Positions 1 to 10,070 are shown, counted from the stretch's first letter. The stretch: DNA of 64,000 nucleotides from Candidatus Sumerlaeales bacterium (GCA_038243585.1 JBBSQY010000016.1:1-64000); one strand, 5' to 3'. Notes: generated by a model not told the origin, from the sequence alone. Numbers and translations are program-made.

Positions 1-101
1 GTCCTCAATAATTTTCTTAGAAGATCCAGTGGCACTAAAACATATCCGGTATCGGTGCCAATTAATGATAGGTTCTACCTACTATAGGTTGAGGGCGATA
101 T

Positions 102-344
102 TTACGGGCTTGCCGCCACTTCGTCTGTGACGGAGTTTGCCCTAAACACGCCCTGCACCAGCGCTTCATTTAGCTCTCCTGCGAAGAGTGGTCCCTGGAA
201 TATCAGGCCCGTGTAGATTTGTAGCAGGTCCGCTCCGGCTTCGAGCATTTGGATTGCGTTGTCGGGGGTCATGATTCCTCCGACTCCGATGATGGGCGTT
301 TCCGGGAGTTGGCGGCGGATGTGGCGGACTATGGCGAGAGACGG
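102..344 (-). pseudogene. Duplicated 3' fragment of pyrD with an alternative C-terminal tail
   Basis: ~169-341 closely matches ~1306-1478. Translates as [80 protein letters not shown]. No start at its 5' boundary; begins right after the methyltransferase stop. Confidence 0.85.
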
Positions 345-345
345 T

Positions 346-1029
346 TTAAGTTTTTTGTGCCTTATTGGTCATAGGGTCAGGGTCGACCTCAATCACCAGC
401 AGCGTAAAATAGCACCTGCGCATTGCAGTATTGATCAGGCTGTTCAGCGGATGTCGCATATTCGGCCTGCGGCGATAATCAAAGACGCGCACTTTGCCTT
501 GCCGTCCGGCTAGCCTCAGCGCTTCCTCGCCACGCTCCTGCCAGAATTGAGCGGGCATCAGGCGTTCGTTCCCAAAATCCTTAGTTGGATAATTAACATT
601 AGGCATGCTGGCGATTACCCGGCCTGAGATGCGGATTGATTCAGACAGAAACCGGTGAATGTCGTCGTCGGAGAAATGCTCCAGCACTCCTTGTGAGATG
701 CTGACATCAAACTCTCCCTCGGAAAATTCCGTAGCAAAGCCGTCTCCTACAAGCAAATCTACGTTTGCCTGGAGCGCCGACGCGTGCCTTTTTGCTTCCG
801 CGATCACGGCGGGATCAAGATCAATTCCAGCGCTTCGCATCCCGAAATGGGCGAAACAGATGGCCAGGTTCGCGCCGCCGCAGCCCACTTCCAGCACACT
901 TTTCTGTTCTGACGAAAGAACTTCACGGATCATGGGTCCGTGAAGAGATAGAAAATCAAAGTATCCTTCCAGCGATTGTCCCGCCAGGTACTCAGCCCAC
1001 GAATTTGCAGTTTCTTTAGTAGAAGACAT
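346..1029 (-). CDS. Class I SAM-dependent methyltransferase
   Basis: Motif [15 protein letters not shown], and [12 protein letters not shown]. Confidence 0.85.
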   Translation of the reverse strand: MSSTKETANSWAEYLAGQSLEGYFDFLSLHGPMIREVLSSEQKSVLEVGCGGANLAICFAHFGMRSAGIDLDPAVIAEAKRHASALQANVDLLVGDGFATEFSEGEFDVSISQGVLEHFSDDDIHRFLSESIRISGRVIASMPNVNYPTKDFGNERLMPAQFWQERGEEALRLAGRQGKVRVFDYRRRPNMRHPLNSLINTAMRRCYFTLLVIEVDPDPMTNKAQKT

Positions 1030-1241
1030 AGATGCTCCGATGTGTCAGATGCGCAAGGTAGTAATGGCTAGTCAGACGGGTGAGGGTGTCAACTACTACT
1101 TGTTTCCGGCTTATCCTGACTCGCCTGCCAGTTGCTTCGTCGATTATGGATTTAGATACACGAAATCCGGTTTCTTCAAGTTGATAGGTGAGCTGTTGGT
1201 AATTCTAGTATTTGCCGAGAGGCGCGCGCGAGAAGCAAGTC

Positions 1242-2339
1242 CTATGGGGTTGCTTCAATATGGGTCTCTGCTTGTTCCCGTTGGGGCTGCTGTAGTAGCG
1301 CCTTGTTTAGCTCTCTTGCGAAGAGTGGTCCCTGGAATATCAGGCCTGTGTAGATTTGTAGCAGGTCCGCTCCGGCTTCTAGCATTTGGATTGCGTTGTC
1401 GGGGGTCATGATTCCGCCGACTCCGATGATTGGCATTTCGGGGAGTTGGCGGCGGATGTGGCGGACTATGGCTAGGGAGCGGGGGAAGAGGGGACTGCCG
1501 CTTAGGCCGCCGGTTTCGGTGGTCTCGGCGTCGAGGCCGTCGCGGCTGAGGGTGGTGTTGGTGGCGATGAGGCCGTCCACGTTGCGGCGAACGCATACCT
1601 GCAGGAGCTCGTCCAGGGCCTGGGGGTCAAGATCGGGGGCGATTTTGACGAGGATGGGTTTTCTAAGGCGGGTGGCGGGCGTGGGATGTTTCCGCTCCAG
1701 AGCTTTGGCCTCTTCGTCCAGCGCGGCCAGCAGTTCATCCAGGGCGGCTTTGTCCTGCAATTCGCGCAGGCCGGGGGTGTTTGGCGAACTGACGTTGATC
1801 GCGAAATAGTCGCCGTGGGGATAGAGCGCCCGCAGGGATTGGAGATAATCGTCCACGGCCTCGTCGAGCGGGGTGACTTTGCTTTTGCCCAGGCTGACGC
1901 CCAGCACCATGCGGCGGGGCGCGGTGTCTGCGGCCAGGCGCTCGGCCACTGCCTGGGCGCCGTCGTTGTTAAATCCGAATCGGTTAATGATCGCCTTGTC
2001 GCTGGCGTATCGAAAGACGCGTGGCCGCGGATTTCCCGTCTGGGCGCGCCAGGTCACCGTTCCGATTTCCGCGAACCCAAACCCGAGGGCCTCCCACCCC
2101 CGGATGCAGTGGGCGTTTTTGTCGAAGCCTCCGGCCAGGCCGATGGGGTTTGGAAATCGGAGACCCATCAGTTCCCGCTCAAGGCTTGGTTCCCTTACCC
2201 TGCCCATGACCTCCAGCGCAGCCATAGCCAGCGGGCGGCGCTGGATCCGTTCCAGGTTCCGCATCACGAATTCGTGGGCGTCTTCCGGATCGTTCCAGCG
2301 AGAAAACACAAGGGGACGCATTAATTTTTCGTATATCAT
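1242..2339 (-). CDS. pyrD: Quinone-dependent dihydroorotate dehydrogenase (class 2)
   Basis: NPIGLAGGFDKN, GNPRPRVFR, INRFGFNN, INVSSPNTPGLR, KIAPD, GGLSG. Confidence 0.97.
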   Translation of the reverse strand: MIYEKLMRPLVFSRWNDPEDAHEFVMRNLERIQRRPLAMAALEVMGRVREPSLERELMGLRFPNPIGLAGGFDKNAHCIRGWEALGFGFAEIGTVTWRAQTGNPRPRVFRYASDKAIINRFGFNNDGAQAVAERLAADTAPRRMVLGVSLGKSKVTPLDEAVDDYLQSLRALYPHGDYFAINVSSPNTPGLRELQDKAALDELLAALDEEAKALERKHPTPATRLRKPILVKIAPDLDPQALDELLQVCVRRNVDGLIATNTTLSRDGLDAETTETGGLSGSPLFPRSLAIVRHIRRQLPEMPIIGVGGIMTPDNAIQMLEAGADLLQIYTGLIFQGPLFARELNKALLQQPQREQAETHIEATP

Positions 2340-2485
2340 TGCGTTGGTAAAAACGTGATAAAAACGGTTCCGTCAAGAGTTGCATTTATGGCCCGCATTT
2401 TGCAGCAAGGGTCGCTTGACAGGATCGGTTTCGCCTGTTTACAAGAACTTATAATAAGTTAATAAATTTCTCGCGAGGAATCGAT

Positions 2486-3295
2486 ATGAAATTCGCAGCC
2501 TTACCGCGTATTAAAAAAATTGCATCGCTCGCCAGCCTTGCGCTAGCCTTGGCCGTTGGCCCCGTGGCTCCGTCCACCGCCACGGCCGGCGTTCTTTCCG
2601 ACCTGCTCGTGGGCTTGTCCGTCACCGAAGGCTGCTCAAGTTTTGTTGGCCCCTATGGTTCTTCCGTGCCTGTGCGTTATTTTTTGCCTAAAGGGGGCTG
2701 CGCGGCTCCTGCCGTTCTCTTCCTTCACGGGAGCGATGGCGGACATAGATATATGTCAGATTATGAAAAGGTGGGGCGCGGCCTGGCGGCCGAGGGTTAT
2801 GCCACTTTCATGGTGCATTACTATGAGGGCGCTCCAAATGCGTTGCGGCCCGGTCCCAATGATCGCGGCCTGCCGGATCCGGGGGCTTTTTTCCCTTGGG
2901 TTGCCACGGTAAAACAGGCGGTTAGTTATGTGCAATCCTTCCCTGGTGTCGATCCGGCCCGTATTGGTATCATGGGCATGAGTCTTGGCGGATTTGTAGG
3001 GTCGAGTGTCGCTGCAAACGATCCTCGTGTGCGGTCGCTAGTGGTGCTTTCAGCCGGAATGCCTGATCTTTATGCGGAGAAAATGGGCTATATGCCGCCT
3101 ACGTTAATTATCCATGGGGATCGCGATGCAGACGTCCCGGTAACGGAAGCTTATAAATTGGGTAATCGCCTGGCCAGCCGGGGAATTTGGCACAAACTGG
3201 ACATTTTAGCGTGTGAAGGTCACCTGCCATATCAACCGTACAATACGAAAATCGTAGCCGCTAAGGTGCTGGCGTTTTTTGATCAGACGTTGTAG
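2486..3295 (+). CDS. Secreted dienelactone-hydrolase-like alpha/beta hydrolase
   Basis: Signal-peptide-like N-terminus, LHGSDG, GMSLGG nucleophile elbow, HGDRDADVP, EGH. Confidence 0.8.
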   Translation: MKFAALPRIKKIASLASLALALAVGPVAPSTATAGVLSDLLVGLSVTEGCSSFVGPYGSSVPVRYFLPKGGCAAPAVLFLHGSDGGHRYMSDYEKVGRGLAAEGYATFMVHYYEGAPNALRPGPNDRGLPDPGAFFPWVATVKQAVSYVQSFPGVDPARIGIMGMSLGGFVGSSVAANDPRVRSLVVLSAGMPDLYAEKMGYMPPTLIIHGDRDADVPVTEAYKLGNRLASRGIWHKLDILACEGHLPYQPYNTKIVAAKVLAFFDQTL

Positions 3296-3334
3296 GTTTA
3301 TCGAGAAAACTTGGCGAGTTTGAAATCGCTTTAA

Positions 3335-3376
3335 AAATAAAGCCCCCTGACAGGAAATTGTCGGGGGGCTTTATTT
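3335..3376. terminator. Bidirectional intrinsic terminator
   Basis: AAATAAAGCCCCCTGACA-GGAAAT-TGTCGGGGGGCTTTATTT hairpin with A/T tails between convergent genes. Confidence 0.8.
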
Positions 3377-3397
3377 GTGTGCGGGTTATGGATCTTT

Positions 3398-3501
3398 ACA
3401 CAGGCGGGACGCCTATGCTACTTCATTTAAAGAGAACACAGGCGGGACGCCTATGCTACTTCATTTAAAGAGAACACAGGCGGGACGCCTATGCTACTTC
3501 A
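3398..3501 (-). repeat. Tandem array (~2.7 x 38 bp) of a GTAG-type REP-like element
   Basis: Unit ACACAGGCGGGACGCCTATGCTACTTCATTTAAAGAGA; minus strand reads GTAG plus hairpin CATAGGCG-TCC-CGCCTGTG. Confidence 0.85.
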
Positions 3502-4674
3502 CGAAGGCGGGGCGTTTAACGGCAGGAACTCCGGACCTTCGCTTGTGAGGCGGAACCGTTTTGCGCGGACTTCGCTGCCTTTTCCTTCGGTGTAATAGAT
3601 GATAAGCACTGTCTTGTCTTTCAGCTCTACGGTGGCAGGGTAGGCGCCATGGACGTTATCCACCAGGTACGGGCCAGCCCATGTGGCCGCTTCGTCTGTG
3701 CTGATATGCATCGCCGTGTCGGGAAGTCTATGAGCCAGGATTATTTCGCCGGTGCTGAGTCGGTTAAGGTGGGGAGAATGAATTCGGAACCCGAGTTCTG
3801 TCGCAGGGCCCCAGGTCTCGCCGCCGTCTGTCGAAAAAGCCTGATACATATTTTCGGTATTGGCCCGAAGGGCAGCGAGGATGCGGCCGTCTTTTAGCTC
3901 AATTACATCCGTTTCCGCGTCGATCGGAAGATTTTGTCCCGCGCCGATAACGCGCGGCTCGCTCCAGTTTTGTCCCGAATCCTTTGAGATTATAACTGCG
4001 GCCAGATGTTCTTTTGTATCGGGATCTGTTCGGTACAGACCGAGCAGGCATGTTCCATCTTTAAGCTGGCGAACTGGTGCGGAGACGTACCAGTTGGCGG
4101 CGATAACTCGCGATTGGCTGTCCCAGGTGCGGCCATTGTCCCGGGACGTAATTATTTCGGTTCCCGAAGACTGCCGTTCTTTTGTTCCGGGAATTAACGA
4201 TAGGGAAAAGAAACTGCATATCATGGTGCCGTCGCTGAACTGGGCGATGTGAGGATCGCGATTGTCGTTACCATCGTCATAGATAATTTGTGGGCGGGTC
4301 CAGGTGCTCCCCTCGTCAGATGACCGCACCATACAGATTCGACCCCCCTTTTCCCAGCCTGGTTTGCTCAGGCTTACGTGGCCATATCCGGAATAAAAGG
4401 TGGCCACTATATCGCCATTGCCGAGCCGGGCGGCGTCGGGAAAGGCCTGGTAGGGGCCGGCGTCTCCCCCTTTGGAAATGACCAGATACTCCTGAGAACC
4501 GGTGGTTGTCAGTTGGTGAGCCATTACCATAGGGTTGGCATCTTTTGGCGCGGAGACGGCAATAGAAGCAGCCGCTGTTAATATGAGCGCGAGGGTTGCC
4601 ATGCCCGCCCTGTTAACCGCTGGTACAATATGTGTGCCCTGTTTTGCAGGCTTTGGTCGAATTGATGTCATCAT
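3499..4674 (-). CDS. BNR/Asp-box repeat sialidase-family beta-propeller protein, probably secreted
   Basis: Five Asp boxes (SSDEGSTW, SRDNGRTW, SKDSGQNW, STDGGETW, STDEAATW) and a hydrophobic N-terminal segment; true start may be downstream. Confidence 0.85.
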   Translation of the reverse strand: MMTSIRPKPAKQGTHIVPAVNRAGMATLALILTAAASIAVSAPKDANPMVMAHQLTTTGSQEYLVISKGGDAGPYQAFPDAARLGNGDIVATFYSGYGHVSLSKPGWEKGGRICMVRSSDEGSTWTRPQIIYDDGNDNRDPHIAQFSDGTMICSFFSLSLIPGTKERQSSGTEIITSRDNGRTWDSQSRVIAANWYVSAPVRQLKDGTCLLGLYRTDPDTKEHLAAVIISKDSGQNWSEPRVIGAGQNLPIDAETDVIELKDGRILAALRANTENMYQAFSTDGGETWGPATELGFRIHSPHLNRLSTGEIILAHRLPDTAMHISTDEAATWAGPYLVDNVHGAYPATVELKDKTVLIIYYTEGKGSEVRAKRFRLTSEGPEFLPLNAPPS

Positions 4675-4706
4675 GTGGTTTCCTTTTTCCTTACAAGCCG
4701 CCCGCT

Positions 4707-5726
4707 TCAGGCCAGCGGATCGGATTTCCAGTCGTAGCCGGTATACTTATAATCAAAGCTGCCATCCGGCTTAAAGGTTAAGAGGGAATACCCTGGTGGG
4801 CATTTCATCCTGGGACCCTTCCACCATTCGCCGGAGACGGCTCCGTCGCAGATGTAAGTTACGCCGCCTAATTCAATACGGTCGAGCAGATGCCTATGCC
4901 CGCTCAGGCACAGCTTTACGTTTGGATGCTTCGCAAACAAGTCGATAATGCGCCGCGCATCCTCCATCATCGCTTGAGGACCGAAGTTGTATCCGTTTTC
5001 TCCCGGCTTCTGTTTAAGCATGGATGTGACGGTTAATATGGATACGTGAGAATAGACAGCAACTGGCCTATCCGCCGGCGTAGCTGCCAGGTCGGCCGCC
5101 AGCCATCGAAACTGCTCGTCATCCAGCTTGGCCGTCCAGCCGGCGTTCTTATCTTCGCCTGTCGGAAAGATGCTGTCCAGCGCGATGAAATGCCAGTCGC
5201 CGTGATCAAAACTATAGTATGGTTTTTCCATGCCAAGGTAGTCCATAGCCAGTCCGTTCCCGTACATGGGATCTTTCTTGGCGGGATGGTCGCGATTGAG
5301 ATCGAGAGCCCACTTGTCATGGTTGCCCAGGCAGTGACGGATGGGCAGCGAGTTTTCATTATTAAGCACCCCGCTCCAGATCTTCCACAAATTATCGGCG
5401 CCGGCACGATCAACGTTCAGCGTTTCCATTACGGAATCGCCGGTGTTCAGGATCAATGACGGTTTGTCAGAGTGCGACTGAATGTGATGCAGGCAGTGAG
5501 CAAACCACTTCTGCGCGTTAAGTTTTGCAAAAATATGAACGTCAGTAATATGAGCGATGGTAAATGGCTTGCCAGATGCCGCGGTTTGCGCCGCAATTTG
5601 TGCGGCGGCTGTGGTCGTCGTTGCGGCGCTGCCGGTGGTTATTTCCGCCGCAATGGCGGTTTTCGTTCCTAGCCAGCCCATGGCCATCATACCGCTCAGG
5701 CGAGCAAGCGCGTCTCTTCTATTCAT
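4707..5726 (-). CDS. Tat-exported calcineurin-like metallophosphoesterase
   Basis: MNRRDAL twin-arginine signal; DVH, GD, GNHD, SH and GHRH metal motifs. Confidence 0.9.
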   Translation of the reverse strand: MNRRDALARLSGMMAMGWLGTKTAIAAEITTGSAATTTTAAAQIAAQTAASGKPFTIAHITDVHIFAKLNAQKWFAHCLHHIQSHSDKPSLILNTGDSVMETLNVDRAGADNLWKIWSGVLNNENSLPIRHCLGNHDKWALDLNRDHPAKKDPMYGNGLAMDYLGMEKPYYSFDHGDWHFIALDSIFPTGEDKNAGWTAKLDDEQFRWLAADLAATPADRPVAVYSHVSILTVTSMLKQKPGENGYNFGPQAMMEDARRIIDLFAKHPNVKLCLSGHRHLLDRIELGGVTYICDGAVSGEWWKGPRMKCPPGYSLLTFKPDGSFDYKYTGYDWKSDPLA

Positions 5727-5881
5727 GGTTTTGTCAGGACTCCCATTTCAACGTTATGGGGGTTTTATCCTGACTGGGATGCGGATCAAGGTATATTTTT
5801 CACCGGGCAGCCTTAGTGATCGGCACGGGGGGGATGCGGTGATGTTAAGGTACGCATAAGCCGGGGCGCCTCTGCTCTATG

Positions 5882-6130
5882 TTAGTTACCCTCGCCGCCG
5901 TCTTCGTAAAACTTTCGCAGATCGGTAACCAGCTCTTTGAGAAAGTAGAGTTTGATTGGCTTTCCAGGCACATTGGTGATGCTCTGAGTGAGGAGATGCC
6001 TGTTTTTCCTGTAAACAATTTCGGGGTTTCCAGAGGAGAGTTCTTCGGCGATTTTCATAAGATCCTCATAACCAGCAAACTCTACTCTGATCCGGCGAGC
6101 CCACTGCTGGGCGACTGCGTTGACTTCCAT
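5882..6130 (-). CDS. Small hypothetical protein
   Basis: 82-aa ORF with GGAG upstream, co-oriented with neighbours; no recognised motif. Confidence 0.5.
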   Translation of the reverse strand: MEVNAVAQQWARRIRVEFAGYEDLMKIAEELSSGNPEIVYRKNRHLLTQSITNVPGKPIKLYFLKELVTDLRKFYEDGGEGN

Positions 6131-6233
6131 TGTACTTCGACTACTCCACTATAAATATCTGCAATAAGATGTAACGGTAAAACATGCAGGCGGACTCAAA
6201 GTTATCCGCCTGCAAATGCATTGAATGCTTTAA

Positions 6234-6794
6234 TTATGCCGTAACACGTTCATGGATACCCTCTGCAAGTTCTTCAAGCATTTTGTGGTTAAAAGCCGGG
6301 ATATCATCGGGGTTTCGGCTAGTTACAATTCCAGCATCTACGACCACTTCCTCATCAATCCATGTGCCTCCCGCATTTTTTATGTCGGTTTTAATGGCGG
6401 GCCAGGAAGCTATCCTACGGCCTTCTACTGCGCCGGCTTCTATAAGAAGCCAGGGGCCATGACAGATAGAAAAGATTGGTTTTCCTGATTTGTAAAAGGC
6501 TTTAACGAACTCTACTGCAGCAGGTGTATTGCGAAGTTCGTCTGGGCTCATGGTGCCACCGGGGATAAGCAAGGCGTCGAAATCCTTTTCGTCCGCCTGA
6601 TTGAGTGGGCGGTCTACCTTGAAGTTGTCGCCCGCTTTATCATGATTCATCCCCTTCACTTCTCCGTTGGCAGTGGAGACTATAAATGTCGCTACCCCTG
6701 CCTGATCCAACGCCTTTCGGGGTCCTGTCATTTCGATCTGTTCAAAATTGTCTGCAACTAGAATGGCAACTTTTTTGCCTGCAATGTCCTTCAT
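6234..6794 (-). CDS. PfpI/DJ-1 family protease/deglycase
   Basis: FEQIE, IPGG, ICHGPW, TSRNPDD. Confidence 0.93.
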   Translation of the reverse strand: MKDIAGKKVAILVADNFEQIEMTGPRKALDQAGVATFIVSTANGEVKGMNHDKAGDNFKVDRPLNQADEKDFDALLIPGGTMSPDELRNTPAAVEFVKAFYKSGKPIFSICHGPWLLIEAGAVEGRRIASWPAIKTDIKNAGGTWIDEEVVVDAGIVTSRNPDDIPAFNHKMLEELAEGIHERVTA

Positions 6795-6887
6795 AATGTA
6801 CCTCCGTGGGCAATCGCCCGGTAGTGGTTAAAGAATACAGTATGAAGGATAAGAACCAGATTTATGCCGGCTTGACAATTTTGGCAA

Positions 6888-7706
6888 TCACCAACTGTCG
6901 CCGGCACCGCCGCCGCCGAAGCCGCCTCCGCCGAAGCCGCCGCCGAAACCACCGGAGTCTCCGCCTGAGCTGCCCCACCCACCGGAATTATGGCCGCCGG
7001 TCGTCCATATATTCGACAGGAGCAACGCGTTTGCCAGGCCGCCGCCGCCACGCCCGCCTTTTCCGCCACGGCCCCCGCCCCGAAGGCCGTTGACGAACAT
7101 GACTACAAGCCCAAATATAATTAACCAGAAAAGCACATCACCACCACTCCCGGTTTTCTCAGGAGGCGGTGCCTTGTATTCCCCCTTCACCGCTGCAATG
7201 ATGCTATCGACACCGTTGCTGATGCCTGCGGCGTAGTCTCCTTTTCGGAAGGATGGAGTTACGTTCAATTCAAGAATCCGTTTGGACAGCGCGTCTGTGA
7301 GCCGTCCCTCCAAACCGTAACCTACCTGGATCCGGGATTTACGGTCGACGCTGGCAATGGTAAACAATACCCCACTATTTTCTTTTTTCTGACCGATGCC
7401 CCACTCAGTGGCGGTTCTCTGGCTGAATGTAAATATGTCCTCATCGCCAGTGGTCGGAACTGTTAATACGGCCACCTGAACACCGTCTGTGGCCGCCAGA
7501 GACTTGATTCTGGCCGAGAGACTTGTTTCCTGGTCAGGCGTTAGCAGGTCTGCCTTGTCAATTACTGGCAAGGCGCTGGGATTTTCTACTCGGACAATTG
7601 CACCCTGAACAAAGCTGAGGGTCGAAAAGACAAACAGGATAGTGACCAGCGCGATGAGATTTGGCCACTGGCGTGGAGCAAATGTGTGAGGTAACCGCCC
7701 TGTCAT
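6888..7706 (-). CDS. TPM-domain protein (YgcG-like) with TM helix and Gly-rich tail
   Basis: VIDKADLL, WGIGQK, IQVGYGLEG.LTD, and GGGFGGGGAGDSW end. Confidence 0.9.
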   Translation of the reverse strand: MTGRLPHTFAPRQWPNLIALVTILFVFSTLSFVQGAIVRVENPSALPVIDKADLLTPDQETSLSARIKSLAATDGVQVAVLTVPTTGDEDIFTFSQRTATEWGIGQKKENSGVLFTIASVDRKSRIQVGYGLEGRLTDALSKRILELNVTPSFRKGDYAAGISNGVDSIIAAVKGEYKAPPPEKTGSGGDVLFWLIIFGLVVMFVNGLRGGGRGGKGGRGGGGLANALLLSNIWTTGGHNSGGWGSSGGDSGGFGGGFGGGGFGGGGAGDSW

Positions 7707-8188
7707 GGTCCCTCCGACACATTGGGTAGTTCTGGGCCTGGCGTTTCCAATGGCGGAAAAACCTGTGCCAGCGGCGCAGCCATAGCATCAACAGCCGCAA
7801 TGATGCCGTCTGCGGCCTTTTCGCGACGAAATCCATCGGCGACCGCAGCGGCCGCAGTGCGCCAGAGGTCATCGGGCAGCTGTGAGGCTGCGTCCGGTCC
7901 AACGACAATTTCCACGGCACGGCGATTGAGCGACACGTAGATCAGGATGCCATTGGAAGGAGACAAACCTGGCAGGCCGAGGCGGACAAATTCCGCCTCG
8001 GCGATACCCCGCATTTCTCCATCATCGGTGGCGGCGCTGAGCTTTACGATAATTTCTGAACTGGAGTTGTGTTCTGCAAGACGAACCGCCTCTTCAATAC
8101 GGGCGGAATCCCCATGGGCAAGAACGTCATGTAGAGCCTTCACTGGCGCAGGAGCTATTGTTTCAGGTTTTTTCAGGCTGAATTTCAT
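7703..8188 (-). CDS. TPM-domain protein (second type)
   Basis: IEEAVRLAEHNSSSEI, NGILIYVSL, FPP...ELPN; lemA context. Confidence 0.8.
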   Translation of the reverse strand: MKFSLKKPETIAPAPVKALHDVLAHGDSARIEEAVRLAEHNSSSEIIVKLSAATDDGEMRGIAEAEFVRLGLPGLSPSNGILIYVSLNRRAVEIVVGPDAASQLPDDLWRTAAAAVADGFRREKAADGIIAAVDAMAAPLAQVFPPLETPGPELPNVSEGP

Positions 8189-8263
8189 CAGGTTACGTAC
8201 CGGTTATCTTTCCGCCGTTTGCTGTGGCCGTGTTAGTCCAGGAACAAGTATTGTCCTCAGGAA

Positions 8264-9025
8264 TCAGGGAGTCGCTGTAACGGGTGCCGGAGTAATTGCT
8301 GGCGTTAGGGTAGGAGCGGCGGTCGGAATCGCGGCAGGAGCAGAGGCCGGAGGCACAACCGGAGCCGGAGCTGGGGTTGCGAGGGTTGCAGGGGCTCCGA
8401 AGTCCACCGCAGGTGCTGTCTGGGCTGCCACATCGCCGGTAAAGAACGGACGCTTCTGAAAGTTGCGGAATCCGGCAATCAGAGAACCGGGAAAAGTCAA
8501 CACGCTGTTGTTGTAGTTTTGGACGGCCGTATTGAAGTTCATGCGCTCGACGCTGATGCGATTTTCCGTGCCTTCGATCTGGGATTGCAGCTCAAGAAAG
8601 TTTTGGTTTGTCCGGATTTCCGGGTACCGCTCAACCGTTACCAGAAGGCGGCTCAGCGCGCCTCCAAGTTCGGACTGGGCTTTTGCAAATTGTGCGAACT
8701 GAGCAGGATCGCTTGGATTTATCTGCACCTGGGTCGCTTTCGCCCGAGCTTCCACCGCTCCCACAACTACCTGAACCTCCTGCTGCGCCGCGCCCTTAAC
8801 GGTGGCTACCAGGTTTGGGATAAGGTCCAGCCGCCGTTGATACTGGCTCTGCACTTGTGCCCAGGCCGTATCAGCTGCCTGATCCAGCTTTACGATTTTA
8901 TTGCTTATACCGACTACCCATACGCCAATAATAATGGCCAGAACTATCAGGACGCCGACTACACCAAGGATGGCAATTCCGGCGCCGCCGGATTCACGTT
9001 TTGCAGCAGCATAATTGAGTTTCAT
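8264..9025 (-). CDS. lemA: LemA family protein with Pro/Ala/Thr-rich tail
   Basis: YQRRLDLIPNLVATVKG, ERYPE, EGTENRISVER; start chosen at the ATG preceded by GGAG. Confidence 0.93.
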   Translation of the reverse strand: MKLNYAAAKRESGGAGIAILGVVGVLIVLAIIIGVWVVGISNKIVKLDQAADTAWAQVQSQYQRRLDLIPNLVATVKGAAQQEVQVVVGAVEARAKATQVQINPSDPAQFAQFAKAQSELGGALSRLLVTVERYPEIRTNQNFLELQSQIEGTENRISVERMNFNTAVQNYNNSVLTFPGSLIAGFRNFQKRPFFTGDVAAQTAPAVDFGAPATLATPAPAPVVPPASAPAAIPTAAPTLTPAITPAPVTATP

Positions 9026-9224
9026 TTTTGGCTCCATGGGAGGAATTGGGGTGGTTGTTACAAAGTGGTGCTGCATAATACAATTTCCGCGCCAAAATCA
9101 CTGGGCAGCATAGATTTTATAAGTCCAGCAAGACCTACGGAATCTATAATACAAGTTTAGGAATTCGAGAGCCCTGTTCACGCCTGTCTCAAATGCCCGG
9201 TCTGGTGTTAGTCTATTTGTTAGT

Positions 9225-10070
9225 CTATTCTCGGGCTTCCGCCAGACGGCGACCCAGGGTTTCTATGGAATCCATGACAAAATCCGGGTGTCGTTCAGCG
9301 GCCGCCGCATCAGCTTCGGTGGCTTCTCCCGTCAGTACCAGCACGCCCACTGCCCCTGCATTGTGGGCCATGGCTATGTCGGTATACAGACGGTCTCCCA
9401 CCATGGCCATTTCATGAGGCTCAAGGTTGTGGCGGCGAAGAATGCCGTGTAGCATCGCCGGATCGGGCTTTCCTGGAACGGCCTCCACCTTACGACCCGT
9501 AGCCGCCTCAAGACAGGCGCAGACTGCTCCGCAGTCGACCAGAACAGTGGGCAGATTCGTGGGACAGGTGAGGTCGGGGTGGGTGGCTATGAATGGTTTA
9601 CCTTGTTGCAGCCACCAGGCGCACTGACACAGGCTTTGGTAATTCAGTCCGGTGTCAAAGCCCACCACTACCGCGTCGGGCTCCAGCGCGCCGTCAACCA
9701 CCGTGTAGCCATGGGCGGCAAACTCTTCTTTCAGGCTGGGCGTGCCGAGTATAAAGATACGTTTTACATCAGCGTACTCCAGCCGCATGAAATCAATGGT
9801 GGCCAGGGACGACGTATACATTCGGTCGCGTGGTGTCTGGATGCCCATCTTGTCTAGATGTTCTATGTATGCGTCGACGGATTTGGAGGAGTTATTTGTT
9901 AGAAACGTGTATCCGATACCCATATCATCCAGACGGGCGAGGAAGGCCTTCGTGTAGGGAAACAGTTCGCTTCCCTTGTAAATGGTGCCGTCCATATCCA
10001 GCGACACATGTTTGATGCGGGATAGAATCTTAATTTCGGCTTCGGGACTGGCTTTGCGGTTTTGGGTCAT
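9225..10070 (-). CDS. HAD-IIA family hydrolase (NagD-like)
   Basis: DMDGTIY, LTNNSSK, GKPDP, MVGDRLYTDI. Confidence 0.92.
   Translation of the reverse strand: MTQNRKASPEAEIKILSRIKHVSLDMDGTIYKGSELFPYTKAFLARLDDMGIGYTFLTNNSSKSVDAYIEHLDKMGIQTPRDRMYTSSLATIDFMRLEYADVKRIFILGTPSLKEEFAAHGYTVVDGALEPDAVVVGFDTGLNYQSLCQCAWWLQQGKPFIATHPDLTCPTNLPTVLVDCGAVCACLEAATGRKVEAVPGKPDPAMLHGILRRHNLEPHEMAMVGDRLYTDIAMAHNAGAVGVLVLTGEATEADAAAAERHPDFVMDSIETLGRRLAEARE

Noticed and set aside
259..513. Similar plus-strand ORFs at 259 and 1396 ([10 protein letters not shown]...)
   Set aside because: Antisense shadows of pyrD and its duplicated fragment.
1090..1205. Minus-strand peptide QLEETGFRVSKSIIDEA, faintly like a PIN/DUF3368 C-terminus
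   Set aside because: Too short, no start codon, and cannot be verified without a search.
3398..3501. Possible CRISPR array
   Set aside because: The intervening sequences are identical rather than unique spacers, and there are no cas genes; it is a REP-like tandem repeat.
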